From Candidatus Cloacimonadales bacterium (GTDB taxonomy: Bacteria > Cloacimonadota > Cloacimonadia > Cloacimonadales > JAIOQZ01), in assembly GCA_963674825.1 (NCBI GenBank), contig OY771587.1, positions 1,856,001 through 1,920,000 of the forward strand: a DNA stretch of 64,000 bases, in the 5' to 3' direction. The notes under the pieces were generated by a model. The model did no database searches, was not told the origin of the DNA, and saw only the letters and a list, made by a program, of their open reading frames with translations. Positions 51,090 through 61,693 of the stretch are shown here, in pieces. Position numbers and translations under genes: made by a program. Numbering within the stretch: the first letter of the stretch is position 1; each line of letters begins with the position of its first letter.

Positions 51090-54000
51090 ATGAAGAACTT
51101 AGTACTACTTCTTGGGTTGCTGATGATCAGCCTGTCATTGATGGCTGATTACACACTATTACAAGAAAATTTCGAAGGCGGTGGCCTTCCTGCTGGCTGG
51201 TTCAACTTTTCGATGACCGGATCCGCGTGGGGCGTCAATTCCCCCGGCTACAACAGCAACTACAAGCTTGACCTTTCAAACAGCACCCCAAGTTCGATAG
51301 ACATGGTGGTCGTATCGACACCGGCGATCGATATATCCGGTCTGAACGGCGCACCGTTGATCATCGATTACATGCTCTATCAAGACATCGATCCGGAGAT
51401 GGTTGATATGGGAATGTTTCAGCCGCAATACTCATATGACGGCAGCACCTGGAACGCGATAACAGAAGTGATGTCTGAAGTAGTGGATACATGGCACCCG
51501 CAACAACATGTGTTCTATCCGGAAGCGCAGCCACAAATCTACATCGGCTTTCTTTGCTACATGCTGAACAACACCGGGGCATTGCTCGAATTTGGCATCG
51601 ACGATGTCCAAATATCCGCCGGAGCTCCCGAACTTACACTCAGCGCGACCTCATTCGATTTCGGTACGATCTTCGTCGGCGACTACGCACTCAATACGTT
51701 GACCGTGACCAATACCGGCAGCCTGTCACTCGAATATTCGTTCTCCGTCTCGACATACATGTATATGGACATCAACGGATTCCCCTATACCACCTATAAC
51801 GGAACACTGGGAACGGGTGCTTCGCAGAGCATCGATATCTATTACCATCCGCTAGCGCCATACAACTACATCGGAAGCCTCTTTCCAATGACCTCGAACG
51901 ATCCCAATAACGATGTTGTGAATATAATACTCTCTGCTTCAAGCTTGTATCCGGCTACGGGTTCCAATGTAATAGAGTTCAATGGTACGAACGACTGGGG
52001 CGAATCGAAAGCCCCGTTGCCCATCGGCGCTAACAGCACGGTAACCATCGAAACCTGGTTCAAGGTTACCGGAAGCAACGGTATTCAGTTCCTCACAAGC
52101 TCTGGATCGGAGAAGCTGGAAATTCATTTGGACATGACAAACAACAATCTTCGTTTCATTCCTACCACCGGCGTCTTTCTCGATACGGATCCCGGTACGA
52201 TCAGCATGAATAGCTGGACGCATCTCGCTTGCGTATATAATCCAGGTAGCGGGACTGCCGGAATATACATCAACGGCGTCGGGATGAATGTCACGAACAA
52301 CGGATATAATCCTCTGACAACACCGATCTCGACCTCGCTCGACAATGTCTATCTGGGTGTTCGCGCCGGAATAGTATATCCATTCTCGGGAGCGATGGAC
52401 GAAATCCGCATCTGGAGCTGTGAACGCACGGCCGAACAGATTCGCAACAACAAGCATTTGCCGCTTGCGCTGCCACAGCCAAATCTCATATCCTATTGGC
52501 GATGCGACGAAGTGGAAAGCAAATTCCTTTATGACCCGGTCTGGCTGAATTACTTTGAGATGTACAACTACGATGCGTCGCAGCGTGTCGCTCCGGACTT
52601 CGCGTTTGGTACCGGCGTAGCTGAATGCCTGACCGTTCCATACGGAAGTGGCGTCGTGACCAGCTCCAATACGGGTGTCTCGCTGAACGTCTCCAACGGT
52701 AACGGACAAATATTCAGCGTTACCCGTCTGGATGGCGCTCCGCTCAATCCCCCAACCGGACAGTTCTCCGTGTTCGATGCACAAACGTGGGTGATCCAGA
52801 CCTTCGGCAGTGACCAGATGACTTGTGACATTTCCTATACGCTTTCTGAAGATCTCACTTCTGATGACGAAGCAAATCCGAATAATGCCCGGTCAAACGG
52901 CAGAAACGCAAACACATCTGCTTCATTCACTAATTATGTCGGTGCGATGAATGTCAATGCGGCTACAAATCAGGTGACCTATGGCGGATTGACCGCTGTT
53001 CCTGTTGGGCAGCAGATGATTATCACGCGCCAGAACAATCCTGTTTTTCCGATCATACATCTGGATAGCACATCGCTAGATTTCGGTCAAAACTATATCG
53101 GCGAGGTCACCACGGTAGATCTCCCGATTACGAATAATGGAACAGCGCCGCTCGAATACGATATTACCATAGAAGCGCCGTTCCACTTTGTCATCAATGG
53201 TGCTGTAACCCAGACATGCTCCGGCACTGTGGGCGAAGACGGTGGTTCCGAGATAGTCGAAGTCTATTTCGCGCCGACGGAAGAATGCGTATTTACCGGT
53301 GAGTCATTCTCTATTGCTAGCAACGATCCCGAGACCCCATTTGTGAATGTATCTCTACATGGATCAGCTGTCGCGCAAACTATCGGCGCAAAGTCGGTCC
53401 AGTTCAACGGTACCAACGATTATGCAAAGACCTTCCAGCCTGTTAACTTTGCAGCAGGATCGGCGGTCACGATGGAAATGTGGTTCAACGCCTATAGCGG
53501 CGGTGGGCAAATTCAATTTCTGACGAGTTCGAGTATGGAAGTACTCGAAGCACATCTGGATCTCGAGCATAATTCTCTTATGATCATTCCTACCATCGGC
53601 GTTTACCTTAGCACACCGGAGAACTCAATTGTGCTTGATACATGGACGCACTTGGCTTTCGTTTACGATCCGACGAACTCCTACGCGAAGATATATATAA
53701 ACGGCGTAGATACGCCCTATATCCAGTCTGGCTACAATTCGATCTCTTCTCCGATCCCTACACCGCTCGGTAACACACGCTTCGGAAAAAGAAGTGATAA
53801 CACATTTCCTTTCTTCGGAGCGATAGACGAAATCCGAATCTGGTCATCAGTCCGTAGCGCGAACGATATTCGTAAAAACAAACACCTTACATTATCTCTG
53901 CCAAGTACCGGATTGCTCGCCTATTGGCGCTGCAACGAAACTGAGGGCTCTGCATTATTGGAGGAAATCAATCAGCGTCATGCACAGCTTCAATACTACA

Positions 54001-56096
54001 ATGACAGTGACCGTATCGATCCGGGATTCGTTTTCGGAAACGGTTGGAGTGAAAGCTATGTCGCACCGGCTGATGGAGGTATTCTTGACTGCTCCGGTAG
54101 CTACATTTACTTCGATTTCACTTCCTCTGACAGCCAGGATATCGTATATACCTATCTGTATGGTGCACCTGTCAATCCACCTACCGGATGCTTCACGGTT
54201 TTCAACGACAACACTCGTATCATCCAGGCCTATGGAAGCAGTAATCTGGCAGGAAGCGTAACCTTCTCGGCATTTGGTAATATGACACTGACTGATGAGA
54301 CTTATTACGACAATATCCGTCTCTACGGTCGCGATGCACGCGGTATCGCTAACTTCAATGATGTCACAGGTGCGAGCAGCGTCAGTGCTGCAACCGACAA
54401 GGCGACCTTCCCATTGACATCCACGCTCCAGAATGCGCAGCAGTTCATCATCACCCGTCAGGAAGATCCGTCATCCCCCAGCATCGACCTCAATACTACG
54501 ACACTCGATTTCGGAACCGTATTTCTGGGCTCCACGGGTGAGGCATGGCTGCAAATAACCAATACCGGCTATTCGGATCTGAACTGGACGATCACCTCCG
54601 ATTCTCTGGTTACCATCACAGATGGCGCAGGAGACGACGTTTATGAGTACTCGGCGAGTTGTGAGGCTGGTTATACCTACCATCTTCAACTGAAGTACCA
54701 TCCGACTGCGGTAGGTCCTCAAAGCGGTACCGTAGAGATCACCTCGAACGATCCGCTCCAGCCTTCGGTAAGCGTCGAATGGTCTGGTGAAGGCGATGTA
54801 ATTGAGAACGGTGAATATGCGATCCAATTCTCCGGAAGTAATCAGAATATATCCGTTCCGGCAGATACAAGCTTCTGCGGTTTGGCATACACGATCGAGC
54901 TGTGGTTCATGCGACCGGATTTCACTTCTGCACCGCTATTTATCTGCGCTCGCGATTACGAGAACTACGAGATTCACCTGAATGGTAATACCATCCGATT
55001 TATTCCAGCTTATCATGTATTTCTCGATTCGCCGGCCGACACGTTCGTCGATGGCGAATGGACACACCTCGCCTGTACCTACGATCCATACAACGGCACC
55101 GCCGCGATGTATATCAACGGTACCGAAGTGACATTGACCAACCACGGTACGAATTCCCTTACGACGTATCCCGCCCACACCAACAGCCCGTTCTATATCG
55201 GCTCACGTGCAGGGAATGCATATTGTTTCAATGGTTGCATGGATGAATTCCGCGTCTGGAGCTGCGTTCGTACAGCCGATCAAATCCGCCTTGGCATGCA
55301 TGATCAGCCATCGGTCAATTCGGAAAATCTGAGTGGCTACTGGAAGATGAACTATGGTGAAGGCACAACGGTCTACGATGCCACCCGTAAATGGGATGGG
55401 ACCATTAATGGAGCAACCTGGGTCAATTCTCCGCTGATCCTTGGCGAGAATATCACACACGTCTATCAGGCCCCAACTGTAGCCGGAACGCTGGACTGCC
55501 CGGAAGTCGATATGTCCTTCGAGTTCCCCGTGGCTGCCGACGGAACATTCTATATCACGATGTGCCCGGAGACAACCTCCCGACGCCAGCGCTACAATGA
55601 GGTCTTCGACGATCCCACACGCATCTTATACTACTACGGCAGCACAATGCCTGATGTAACAATGACCGTCGGAATCAACGATTCTTTCACGGATATGGAC
55701 GATTATGACCCGACGAACATATGTCTTGGAACTCGCACAGATGGAAATTTCGATGAATACATAATTGGACAGGGTGCATACAGTGTCTATTCTGAAACCG
55801 GTGAGGCGGTATATGAAAATCCGCTCAATGGTATGAATGGAACGCAGTTCTACCTTGTACGCGAAGGCGAACCGGAGCTTGGCAAACCGCGCGGAGTTCA
55901 GCTTACCGTTGCAGAAGGAATTGTTGAAATTACCTGGGATGCCGTTCCTGGTGCAACGTTCTATGTGGTTAAATTCGCCTCTACGCCTGATGGCGAGTTC
56001 AGTACTGCTCCGAATGGCGAAACAACCGAAACCACTTGGAGCGGTTCAGTCACCGAAGCAAAGATGTTCTATCGGATTTCTGCGATTCAAGAATAA
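51090..56096 (+). CDS. Large secreted protein: N-terminal adhesin-like domain, 3x (Ig-like/ASH + LamG + beta domain), FN3-like C-terminal domain
   Basis: Signal peptide; three DFG...TNTG/TNNG...SNDP units; three TIE.WF...WTHLA..YD/N...YING...G..DE.R.WS..R units. Confidence 0.85.
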   Translation: MKNLVLLLGLLMISLSLMADYTLLQENFEGGGLPAGWFNFSMTGSAWGVNSPGYNSNYKLDLSNSTPSSIDMVVVSTPAIDISGLNGAPLIIDYMLYQDIDPEMVDMGMFQPQYSYDGSTWNAITEVMSEVVDTWHPQQHVFYPEAQPQIYIGFLCYMLNNTGALLEFGIDDVQISAGAPELTLSATSFDFGTIFVGDYALNTLTVTNTGSLSLEYSFSVSTYMYMDINGFPYTTYNGTLGTGASQSIDIYYHPLAPYNYIGSLFPMTSNDPNNDVVNIILSASSLYPATGSNVIEFNGTNDWGESKAPLPIGANSTVTIETWFKVTGSNGIQFLTSSGSEKLEIHLDMTNNNLRFIPTTGVFLDTDPGTISMNSWTHLACVYNPGSGTAGIYINGVGMNVTNNGYNPLTTPISTSLDNVYLGVRAGIVYPFSGAMDEIRIWSCERTAEQIRNNKHLPLALPQPNLISYWRCDEVESKFLYDPVWLNYFEMYNYDASQRVAPDFAFGTGVAECLTVPYGSGVVTSSNTGVSLNVSNGNGQIFSVTRLDGAPLNPPTGQFSVFDAQTWVIQTFGSDQMTCDISYTLSEDLTSDDEANPNNARSNGRNANTSASFTNYVGAMNVNAATNQVTYGGLTAVPVGQQMIITRQNNPVFPIIHLDSTSLDFGQNYIGEVTTVDLPITNNGTAPLEYDITIEAPFHFVINGAVTQTCSGTVGEDGGSEIVEVYFAPTEECVFTGESFSIASNDPETPFVNVSLHGSAVAQTIGAKSVQFNGTNDYAKTFQPVNFAAGSAVTMEMWFNAYSGGGQIQFLTSSSMEVLEAHLDLEHNSLMIIPTIGVYLSTPENSIVLDTWTHLAFVYDPTNSYAKIYINGVDTPYIQSGYNSISSPIPTPLGNTRFGKRSDNTFPFFGAIDEIRIWSSVRSANDIRKNKHLTLSLPSTGLLAYWRCNETEGSALLEEINQRHAQLQYYNDSDRIDPGFVFGNGWSESYVAPADGGILDCSGSYIYFDFTSSDSQDIVYTYLYGAPVNPPTGCFTVFNDNTRIIQAYGSSNLAGSVTFSAFGNMTLTDETYYDNIRLYGRDARGIANFNDVTGASSVSAATDKATFPLTSTLQNAQQFIITRQEDPSSPSIDLNTTTLDFGTVFLGSTGEAWLQITNTGYSDLNWTITSDSLVTITDGAGDDVYEYSASCEAGYTYHLQLKYHPTAVGPQSGTVEITSNDPLQPSVSVEWSGEGDVIENGEYAIQFSGSNQNISVPADTSFCGLAYTIELWFMRPDFTSAPLFICARDYENYEIHLNGNTIRFIPAYHVFLDSPADTFVDGEWTHLACTYDPYNGTAAMYINGTEVTLTNHGTNSLTTYPAHTNSPFYIGSRAGNAYCFNGCMDEFRVWSCVRTADQIRLGMHDQPSVNSENLSGYWKMNYGEGTTVYDATRKWDGTINGATWVNSPLILGENITHVYQAPTVAGTLDCPEVDMSFEFPVAADGTFYITMCPETTSRRQRYNEVFDDPTRILYYYGSTMPDVTMTVGINDSFTDMDDYDPTNICLGTRTDGNFDEYIIGQGAYSVYSETGEAVYENPLNGMNGTQFYLVREGEPELGKPRGVQLTVAEGIVEITWDAVPGATFYVVKFASTPDGEFSTAPNGETTETTWSGSVTEAKMFYRISAIQE

Positions 56097-56110
56097 TTTC
56101 CCCAGCCAAC

Positions 56111-56150
56111 AAAGGGCCGGTATCTGTATTGATACCGGTCTTTTGCTTTT
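56111..56150 (+). terminator. Intrinsic terminator
   Basis: Stem GGCCGGTATC/GATACCGGTC followed by a T-rich tail. Confidence 0.75.
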
Positions 56151-56254
56151 ATATAAGGGCGTTGCATTTCCTTTGGATATCTAATCGGGATAAGTTGACA
56201 AAAAAACACGGCCTGATTTTGTCGTTTTGATACCTTAAAAATACGAGGTGCAAT

Positions 56255-57067
56255 ATGGAACAATTCAGCAAAGTTCTAACCGAATGTATCGGAATCAACC
56301 GGAAACCGGCTAATAAGGAAGCAACTCTGCGTGAGATCGCAAAGCTGGCGAAACAGCATCCTGTTCTTAAGAACCACGATGAAGAGCAGATTTACAATCG
56401 CCTGGTCGCACGTGAGAAACAAGGTTCAACCGGTTTTGGAAACGAAATCGCAATCCCGCACTGCATGATTGACGATATCGATCAATTTGTAATTGGATTC
56501 TTGACCATCCCTGATGGTGTGGAATTCGATTCACTCGACGATCAGAAAGTTCGTTTGATCGCCTATATCATCGCCCCTTCCAGTAAGCGTAACGAGCACA
56601 TCCGAATCTTGAGCGCGCTTTCCAGCGTTTTCCGTAAGAAAAACGCGGTACACGAGATGATCGGCGCGACATCTTCACAAGAGCTCATCAAACGCTTCCT
56701 GAAGCATATTCCCGCTCCGAAGAAGGGTGAAAAGACGACGGAATACAACCTTCTGCATCTTCACGTGCAGAACGAGGATGCCTTTATCGATCTGCTTGAA
56801 CTGATGGCGGAAACGCCTAATTGCTGTATGTCGATTGTGGAAGCCAACGACGCGCAGAACTACCTCCACTCCCTCCCGCTCTTTGCGAGCTTCTGGACAG
56901 AGGAGACCAGGGGATTTCACCGCATAATCGTGGCTACCATCGATAAAGCGCTTTCCAACGATCTGATCCGCAAGATCAATATGATCGTCGAGTCTTACCC
57001 GGAAGAAGCCGGGATCTTGCTTACCGTTCAGAGCCTTGTCTATCTGAACGGCTGGCTTAACCTGTAG
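56255..57067 (+). CDS. PTS IIA (Ntr/Fru-type) domain fused to a C-terminal domain, possibly P-II-like
   Basis: RE..GSTGFG.EIAIPH (phospho-His) and FDSLD; extra ~120-aa C-terminal domain. Confidence 0.8.
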   Translation: MEQFSKVLTECIGINRKPANKEATLREIAKLAKQHPVLKNHDEEQIYNRLVAREKQGSTGFGNEIAIPHCMIDDIDQFVIGFLTIPDGVEFDSLDDQKVRLIAYIIAPSSKRNEHIRILSALSSVFRKKNAVHEMIGATSSQELIKRFLKHIPAPKKGEKTTEYNLLHLHVQNEDAFIDLLELMAETPNCCMSIVEANDAQNYLHSLPLFASFWTEETRGFHRIIVATIDKALSNDLIRKINMIVESYPEEAGILLTVQSLVYLNGWLNL

Positions 57068-57076
57068 GGGTGCATC

Positions 57077-58359
57077 ATGATACCCGAAACAGTCAATATT
57101 CCAGTGCTTTTGACGCTGGGCTTCGTGATCGTTGCCGGATTCTATCTTGGCAGGAACATGAAATGGATCAAGATGCCGGCGCTGATCGGTTACATGATTC
57201 TTGGCGTACTGTTGGGACCATCGCTATTCAATCTTCTCCCGTTTGCATTACAGGATAAGCTCGAATTCATCACCAACATCGCGCTGAGCTTCGTCGCGAT
57301 CAGTATCGGTCTGGAAATGAAATACTCAGCGCTTAAGAAGTTGGGTGCCGGTATTCTCTGGATCATCCTTTTCGAGTGCGTAGGCGCATTCGTCATCGTT
57401 TTTGCTGTGCTGTACCCGCTGACAGGTGACCTTGTCTTGTCGCTGATCTTCGCATCGATCGCGCCAGCGAGCGCACCGGCAGGTACCGTCGCTGTCATTG
57501 AAGAATACAAAGCAAAGGGTAGCCTTACCAAAGCGCTTTATGCGGTTGTCGGTCTGGATGACGGTGTGGGAATCATTATCTTCGGTTTCACCGCGTCGAT
57601 CTGCCGTACTCTTCTTGTGAGAGAGGCTGGTGGTGGAGAAATCGATGTCATGATGTTGCTTTTTGAGCCATTCAAAGAGGTGGTTCTGAGCTTTCTGATC
57701 GGTGGAGCGCTTGGCTGGCTCTTCTCCATCATGGCTCGTCGCCTGAAAACCGCCGGAGACGTGTTGATTCTCCTGTTTGGATTTATGTTCATGTCTGCCG
57801 GACTGTGCGAATGGCTTGGTCTCTCTGTGATTCTGACCAACATGGTCGTTGGCGCGATTGTGGTCAACACTCAGCCGCATTCACTGGTCAGCAAAATCTA
57901 CGATCGTCTTCCGATGATCATGCCACTATTGTTCCTGCTATTCTTTACGCTTGGAGGTGCAAACCTTCAGGTGCGCCAACTCCCAGCGCTGGGTGTTCTC
58001 GGTATCGTCTATCTGCTGGCACGTAGTGCAGGGCTTATCGGTGGTGCGTATTTCGGAGGCATGGCCGGGAAGGTCGAAGAGAAGATTAAAAAATACCTTG
58101 GTCTGGGCATCCTTGCGCAGGCTGGTGTAGCGATCGGTCTTTCGCTAGTTATAAAAAACGACTTCGCCAACCTCGGTGGCATGGTTCCCGGCTGAACGGC
58201 GAGATGATCAAGCATGGTGCGCTGATCGGTCAATCGGTCATTACGACGATTACAGCAACAAGTGTGATCTTCGGTATTATCGGCCCGATCCTGGCTAAAA
58301 TCGCGCTTCAAAAAGCTGGTGAAATCACATACGATCCCTACAAATCACAGGATAAATAA
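57077..58359 (+). pseudogene. Cation/H+ antiporter (CPA family) paralog 1, interrupted by a 1-nt frameshift near 58190
   Basis: The ORF stops at 58195 (VPG*). The -1 frame continues LNGEMIKHGALIGQSVITTITATSVIFGIIGPILAKIALQKAGE to TAA at 58359, matching the C-terminus of paralog 2. Confidence 0.8.
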
Positions 58360-58364
58360 GTTTG

Positions 58365-58406
58365 GAGCTTCCGACTAAGCGATCTGCTGAAAGGAAGCTC
58401 ATTTTT
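58365..58406 (+). terminator. Hairpin between the two antiporter genes
   Basis: GAGCTTCC...GGAAGCTC followed by ATTTTT. Confidence 0.45.
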
Positions 58407-58433
58407 AACAAGATAATCGAAAAAGGACGGTAG

Positions 58434-59699
58434 ATGCTACATCTTGATCTTTCAACGTTCGTAATTATCGGTATCGTAATCATCGTTGCATATCATGCAG
58501 GCAAGAATATCCGCTATCTGAAGTTACCGTCTCTGATCGGATATATGATACTTGGGGTGCTCCTGGGGCCGTCGTTACTGAACATCCTCACAGAGTCTGT
58601 GCAGCACCACCTCAGCTTCATTACCGAGATCGCGCTCAGTTTCGTTGCCGTGAGTATCGGACTTGAACTGAAATTCTCAAGCCTGAAGAAGCTGGGCATG
58701 GGTATCATCTGGATCATCCTGATGGAATCGTTCGGCGCGTTTATTATCGTTTTTACCGGACTGTACCTATTCACAGGCGATCTTCCCCTAGCGCTGGTCT
58801 TCGGTGCGATAGCACCGGCGAGTGCTCCGGCCGGAACCGTGGCGGTCATCCAGGAATACCGTGCTCGTGGTAGCCTTACCAAGACGCTCTATGCGGTTGT
58901 CGGGTTCGACGATGGCCTCGGAATCATCATCTTCGGTTTTGCGGCCTCATTCGCGAGGATGATCCTTGATCGTGAGGGCGGCGCTGATGATATCGGGTTG
59001 ATGCAATTGCTCATGAGTCCGGTGATGGAAATCGCGTTCAGCATCCTGGTTGGTATCGCGGCAGGTTGGCTCTTCGCCATCATGTCAAGACGTCTTAAGA
59101 ATCCCACCGATGTGATGCTGCTCCTGTTCGGATATGTATTTCTTTCCACTGGTCTTTGCGAAATGCTGCATCTTTCAGTGATCCTGACCAATATGATACT
59201 CGGAATGTTGATCGTCAACACCCAGCAACACGCGCTGGTACAGAAGATTCACGATCGTCTTCCCTTGATCATGCCTCTTCTATTTCTGCTGTTTTTTACG
59301 CTCGCAGGCGCGCATCTTCACCTTTCCAACCTTCCTGCGCTTGGATTACTGGGAATCGTTTATATTATCCTGCGCACTGCTGGACTGATGGGCGGTTCGT
59401 ACCTGGGCGGTTATCTGGGTAAGGTGGAAAAGAAAATCCGAAACTACACCGGTATGGGTATCCTCTCGCAGGCAGGTGTGGCGATCGGTCTAGCGCTGAT
59501 TGTCAAACACGAATTTACTCACGTCGGAAAGATGGTTGAGACAGCATCCGGAGAAATGACACGTGGTGCGCACATCGGAGCAATCGTCATCACCACCGTC
59601 ACCGCGACCTGCATCTTCTTCGAGATTATCGGCCCCATCCTGACACGAATCGCACTTACTAAGGCCGGAGAGATACCGACTGATGCCAGTGACGATTGA
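58434..59699 (+). CDS. Cation/H+ antiporter (CPA family) paralog 2
   Basis: Motifs LPSLIGYMILG, ASAPAGT, VVGFDDG, QAGVAIGL and EIIGP. Confidence 0.9.
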   Translation: MLHLDLSTFVIIGIVIIVAYHAGKNIRYLKLPSLIGYMILGVLLGPSLLNILTESVQHHLSFITEIALSFVAVSIGLELKFSSLKKLGMGIIWIILMESFGAFIIVFTGLYLFTGDLPLALVFGAIAPASAPAGTVAVIQEYRARGSLTKTLYAVVGFDDGLGIIIFGFAASFARMILDREGGADDIGLMQLLMSPVMEIAFSILVGIAAGWLFAIMSRRLKNPTDVMLLLFGYVFLSTGLCEMLHLSVILTNMILGMLIVNTQQHALVQKIHDRLPLIMPLLFLLFFTLAGAHLHLSNLPALGLLGIVYIILRTAGLMGGSYLGGYLGKVEKKIRNYTGMGILSQAGVAIGLALIVKHEFTHVGKMVETASGEMTRGAHIGAIVITTVTATCIFFEIIGPILTRIALTKAGEIPTDASDD

Positions 59700-60891
59700 T
59701 ATCGCTTCTGCCCGTAATCTTGCGCTTAACAGCCAGTTTCCTACGCTGAAAGCAACAGGTAAGGATCTTACACAGCAAACAATCGAGCATCTCGGCTACG
59801 TACAGATCGATACTATTTCCGTGATCGAACGTGCTCATCATCACACGCAATGGACCAGAAATAACGACTATGAACACGCGCATCTCGATGCTTTACAGGA
59901 AACTGACCGTGCCGTGTTCGAATATTGGGGCCATGCTGCCAGCATCCTGCCAATGAAGGATTATCGATACTATATCCCCCTCATGAAGCGTAAATTCCGT
60001 AAAAGCGCGCGCGAATGGCTGGGCATTGATACCCATGACGTGATTATGACGGAAGTGCTGGATCGTATCAGGAAAGATGGTGCGCTCGGGTCGAAGGATT
60101 TCGAGGACGAACGTAATTCACGTACTGGTGGATGGGGTGACTGGAAGCCTGCAAAACGAGCGCTGGAATTGCTTTTCTGGAGTGGCGAACTTATGATAAC
60201 ACGTCGCGATAAATTCCAGCGAGTCTATGACCTCACAGAACGAGTTCTTCCCGATTCGGTCGATACAACGATTCCTACGGACGATGAACTGGGTCGATTC
60301 CTTGTCAGGACTGCACTCAGAGCACACGGGATCTGCACAGAGAAAGATATCTTCGATCATCTTCCTATCACTTCGAAACAGGTTATCCGAAAGGCGATCA
60401 AGGAGATGATGAAAGCCGGTGAAATCGTACATGTATCTGTCGAGTCGCTCAAGGATACGTGGTTCGTGTTGCCTGATTCTTTGGATGATAACATGTTGAT
60501 GAATACACAGCATAATGGCTGTATACTGCTCTCTCCCTTCGATAACAGCATCATCCTGCGCGATCGTTTGCTGAAGCTCTTTGGATTCGATTACAAGATT
60601 GAGTGCTATGTCCCGGCAGCGAAGAGGATTTACGGTTATTTCACTACACCGATCCTTTACAACGGCGTGTTCATGGGTCGGATCGATCCCAAAGCGGATC
60701 GCCCGAAGAAAACGCTACTTCTACGCAATGTCGTCTTCGAGCCGGATGTCGCTGTTGCTTCCGAGTTTCTGCAATCGTTAGCGCAAGCATTGAAAGATTT
60801 TGCCTTATTCAACCGATGCCATCATATTATACTTGAGAAATGTGAGCCCAAGAAGGTTCATAATCAATTACAGAGGTGGCTCGATCGATGA
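59683..60891 (+). CDS. ycaQ: YcaQ/AlkZ-family winged-helix DNA glycosylase
   Basis: Motifs VQIDTIS (QxD), FEYWGHAAS, LSPFD, YKIECYVP..KR.YGY and GRIDPKADR. Confidence 0.85.
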   Translation: MPVTIDIASARNLALNSQFPTLKATGKDLTQQTIEHLGYVQIDTISVIERAHHHTQWTRNNDYEHAHLDALQETDRAVFEYWGHAASILPMKDYRYYIPLMKRKFRKSAREWLGIDTHDVIMTEVLDRIRKDGALGSKDFEDERNSRTGGWGDWKPAKRALELLFWSGELMITRRDKFQRVYDLTERVLPDSVDTTIPTDDELGRFLVRTALRAHGICTEKDIFDHLPITSKQVIRKAIKEMMKAGEIVHVSVESLKDTWFVLPDSLDDNMLMNTQHNGCILLSPFDNSIILRDRLLKLFGFDYKIECYVPAAKRIYGYFTTPILYNGVFMGRIDPKADRPKKTLLLRNVVFEPDVAVASEFLQSLAQALKDFALFNRCHHIILEKCEPKKVHNQLQRWLDR

Positions 60892-61478
60892 GTTTAAGAT
60901 GCCTTGGCGCGTGTTTGGCCATTCTTGCCGTGGCAGGATGCGCGATTTTTATACCACCGGATATTTATTCGGTTCCAATCAGGACGGGTCTTCCGCAGGA
61001 AGCGCTGGATACGTTCAATACGATTGACCTCAATTACCGTATCGAGCTTGAGCCGTATGAGGACGCGGAAATGGTCAGCATCAAAGCGCCCAGCGGTCAT
61101 TATTATGAATTCGGCTTCTGGTCAGCACTCGATTCCACTCTCACGCGCTGGGCTGACTACAAATTCATAGGTGACAGCGAAGAACCGGATGGCGTTATCC
61201 ATGTTCGGTTCGATAAATTCATCAGTAAAACAGAGTACCTCAATAAAGGAACTCGCGATTTCCTCTATGAACTCGGGATTGTCGCCAAGCTATCCATCCA
61301 GAATCATGAAAAGACCTGGGATAAGCCGATCATTGTAAATCTCAAGATACCAGTTGAGGGCGATGAAACTTCCATCGCCCAGATAAAAGAGGGTATCGAC
61401 TACGCGCTCCTCGAATTCATTATCGATATCGATCTGTTTGTGGATCGCGAAATGTCGAACGTTACTGATTCGGATTAG
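60888..61478 (+). CDS. Putative lipoprotein
   Basis: Lipobox VAGC; ATGA overlap with the ycaQ stop. Confidence 0.6.
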   Translation: MSLRCLGACLAILAVAGCAIFIPPDIYSVPIRTGLPQEALDTFNTIDLNYRIELEPYEDAEMVSIKAPSGHYYEFGFWSALDSTLTRWADYKFIGDSEEPDGVIHVRFDKFISKTEYLNKGTRDFLYELGIVAKLSIQNHEKTWDKPIIVNLKIPVEGDETSIAQIKEGIDYALLEFIIDIDLFVDREMSNVTDSD

Positions 61479-61693
61479 TCTTTTAACTCAAATTCCGCAC
61501 ATTCCCACACCGGCAACACGATTTTCTTCTCAGCAGCAAGCGTTAGCACCTGATGAATGATCGGGCAGCCTTTATCTTCTGCTTCGGGCTTGAACTTCTT
61601 GCAATCCCAGCACATGCAGAATTCCTTCTGGCGGTTGTGTAAATCCTCGCGAACCCATATTGTTACACCATTCTTCTCAGCCTGTTTGTACAT
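61475..61693 (-). CDS. Small Cys-rich protein (72 aa), possible metal binder
   Basis: GGAGG SD; CMCWDC...GC...WEC. Confidence 0.65.
   Translation of the reverse strand: MYKQAEKNGVTIWVREDLHNRQKEFCMCWDCKKFKPEAEDKGCPIIHQVLTLAAEKKIVLPVWECAEFELKD

Noticed and set aside
58193..58195. Selenocysteine or stop read-through at the antiporter TGA
   Set aside because: The in-frame continuation hits another TGA after three codons; homology continues only in the -1 frame.
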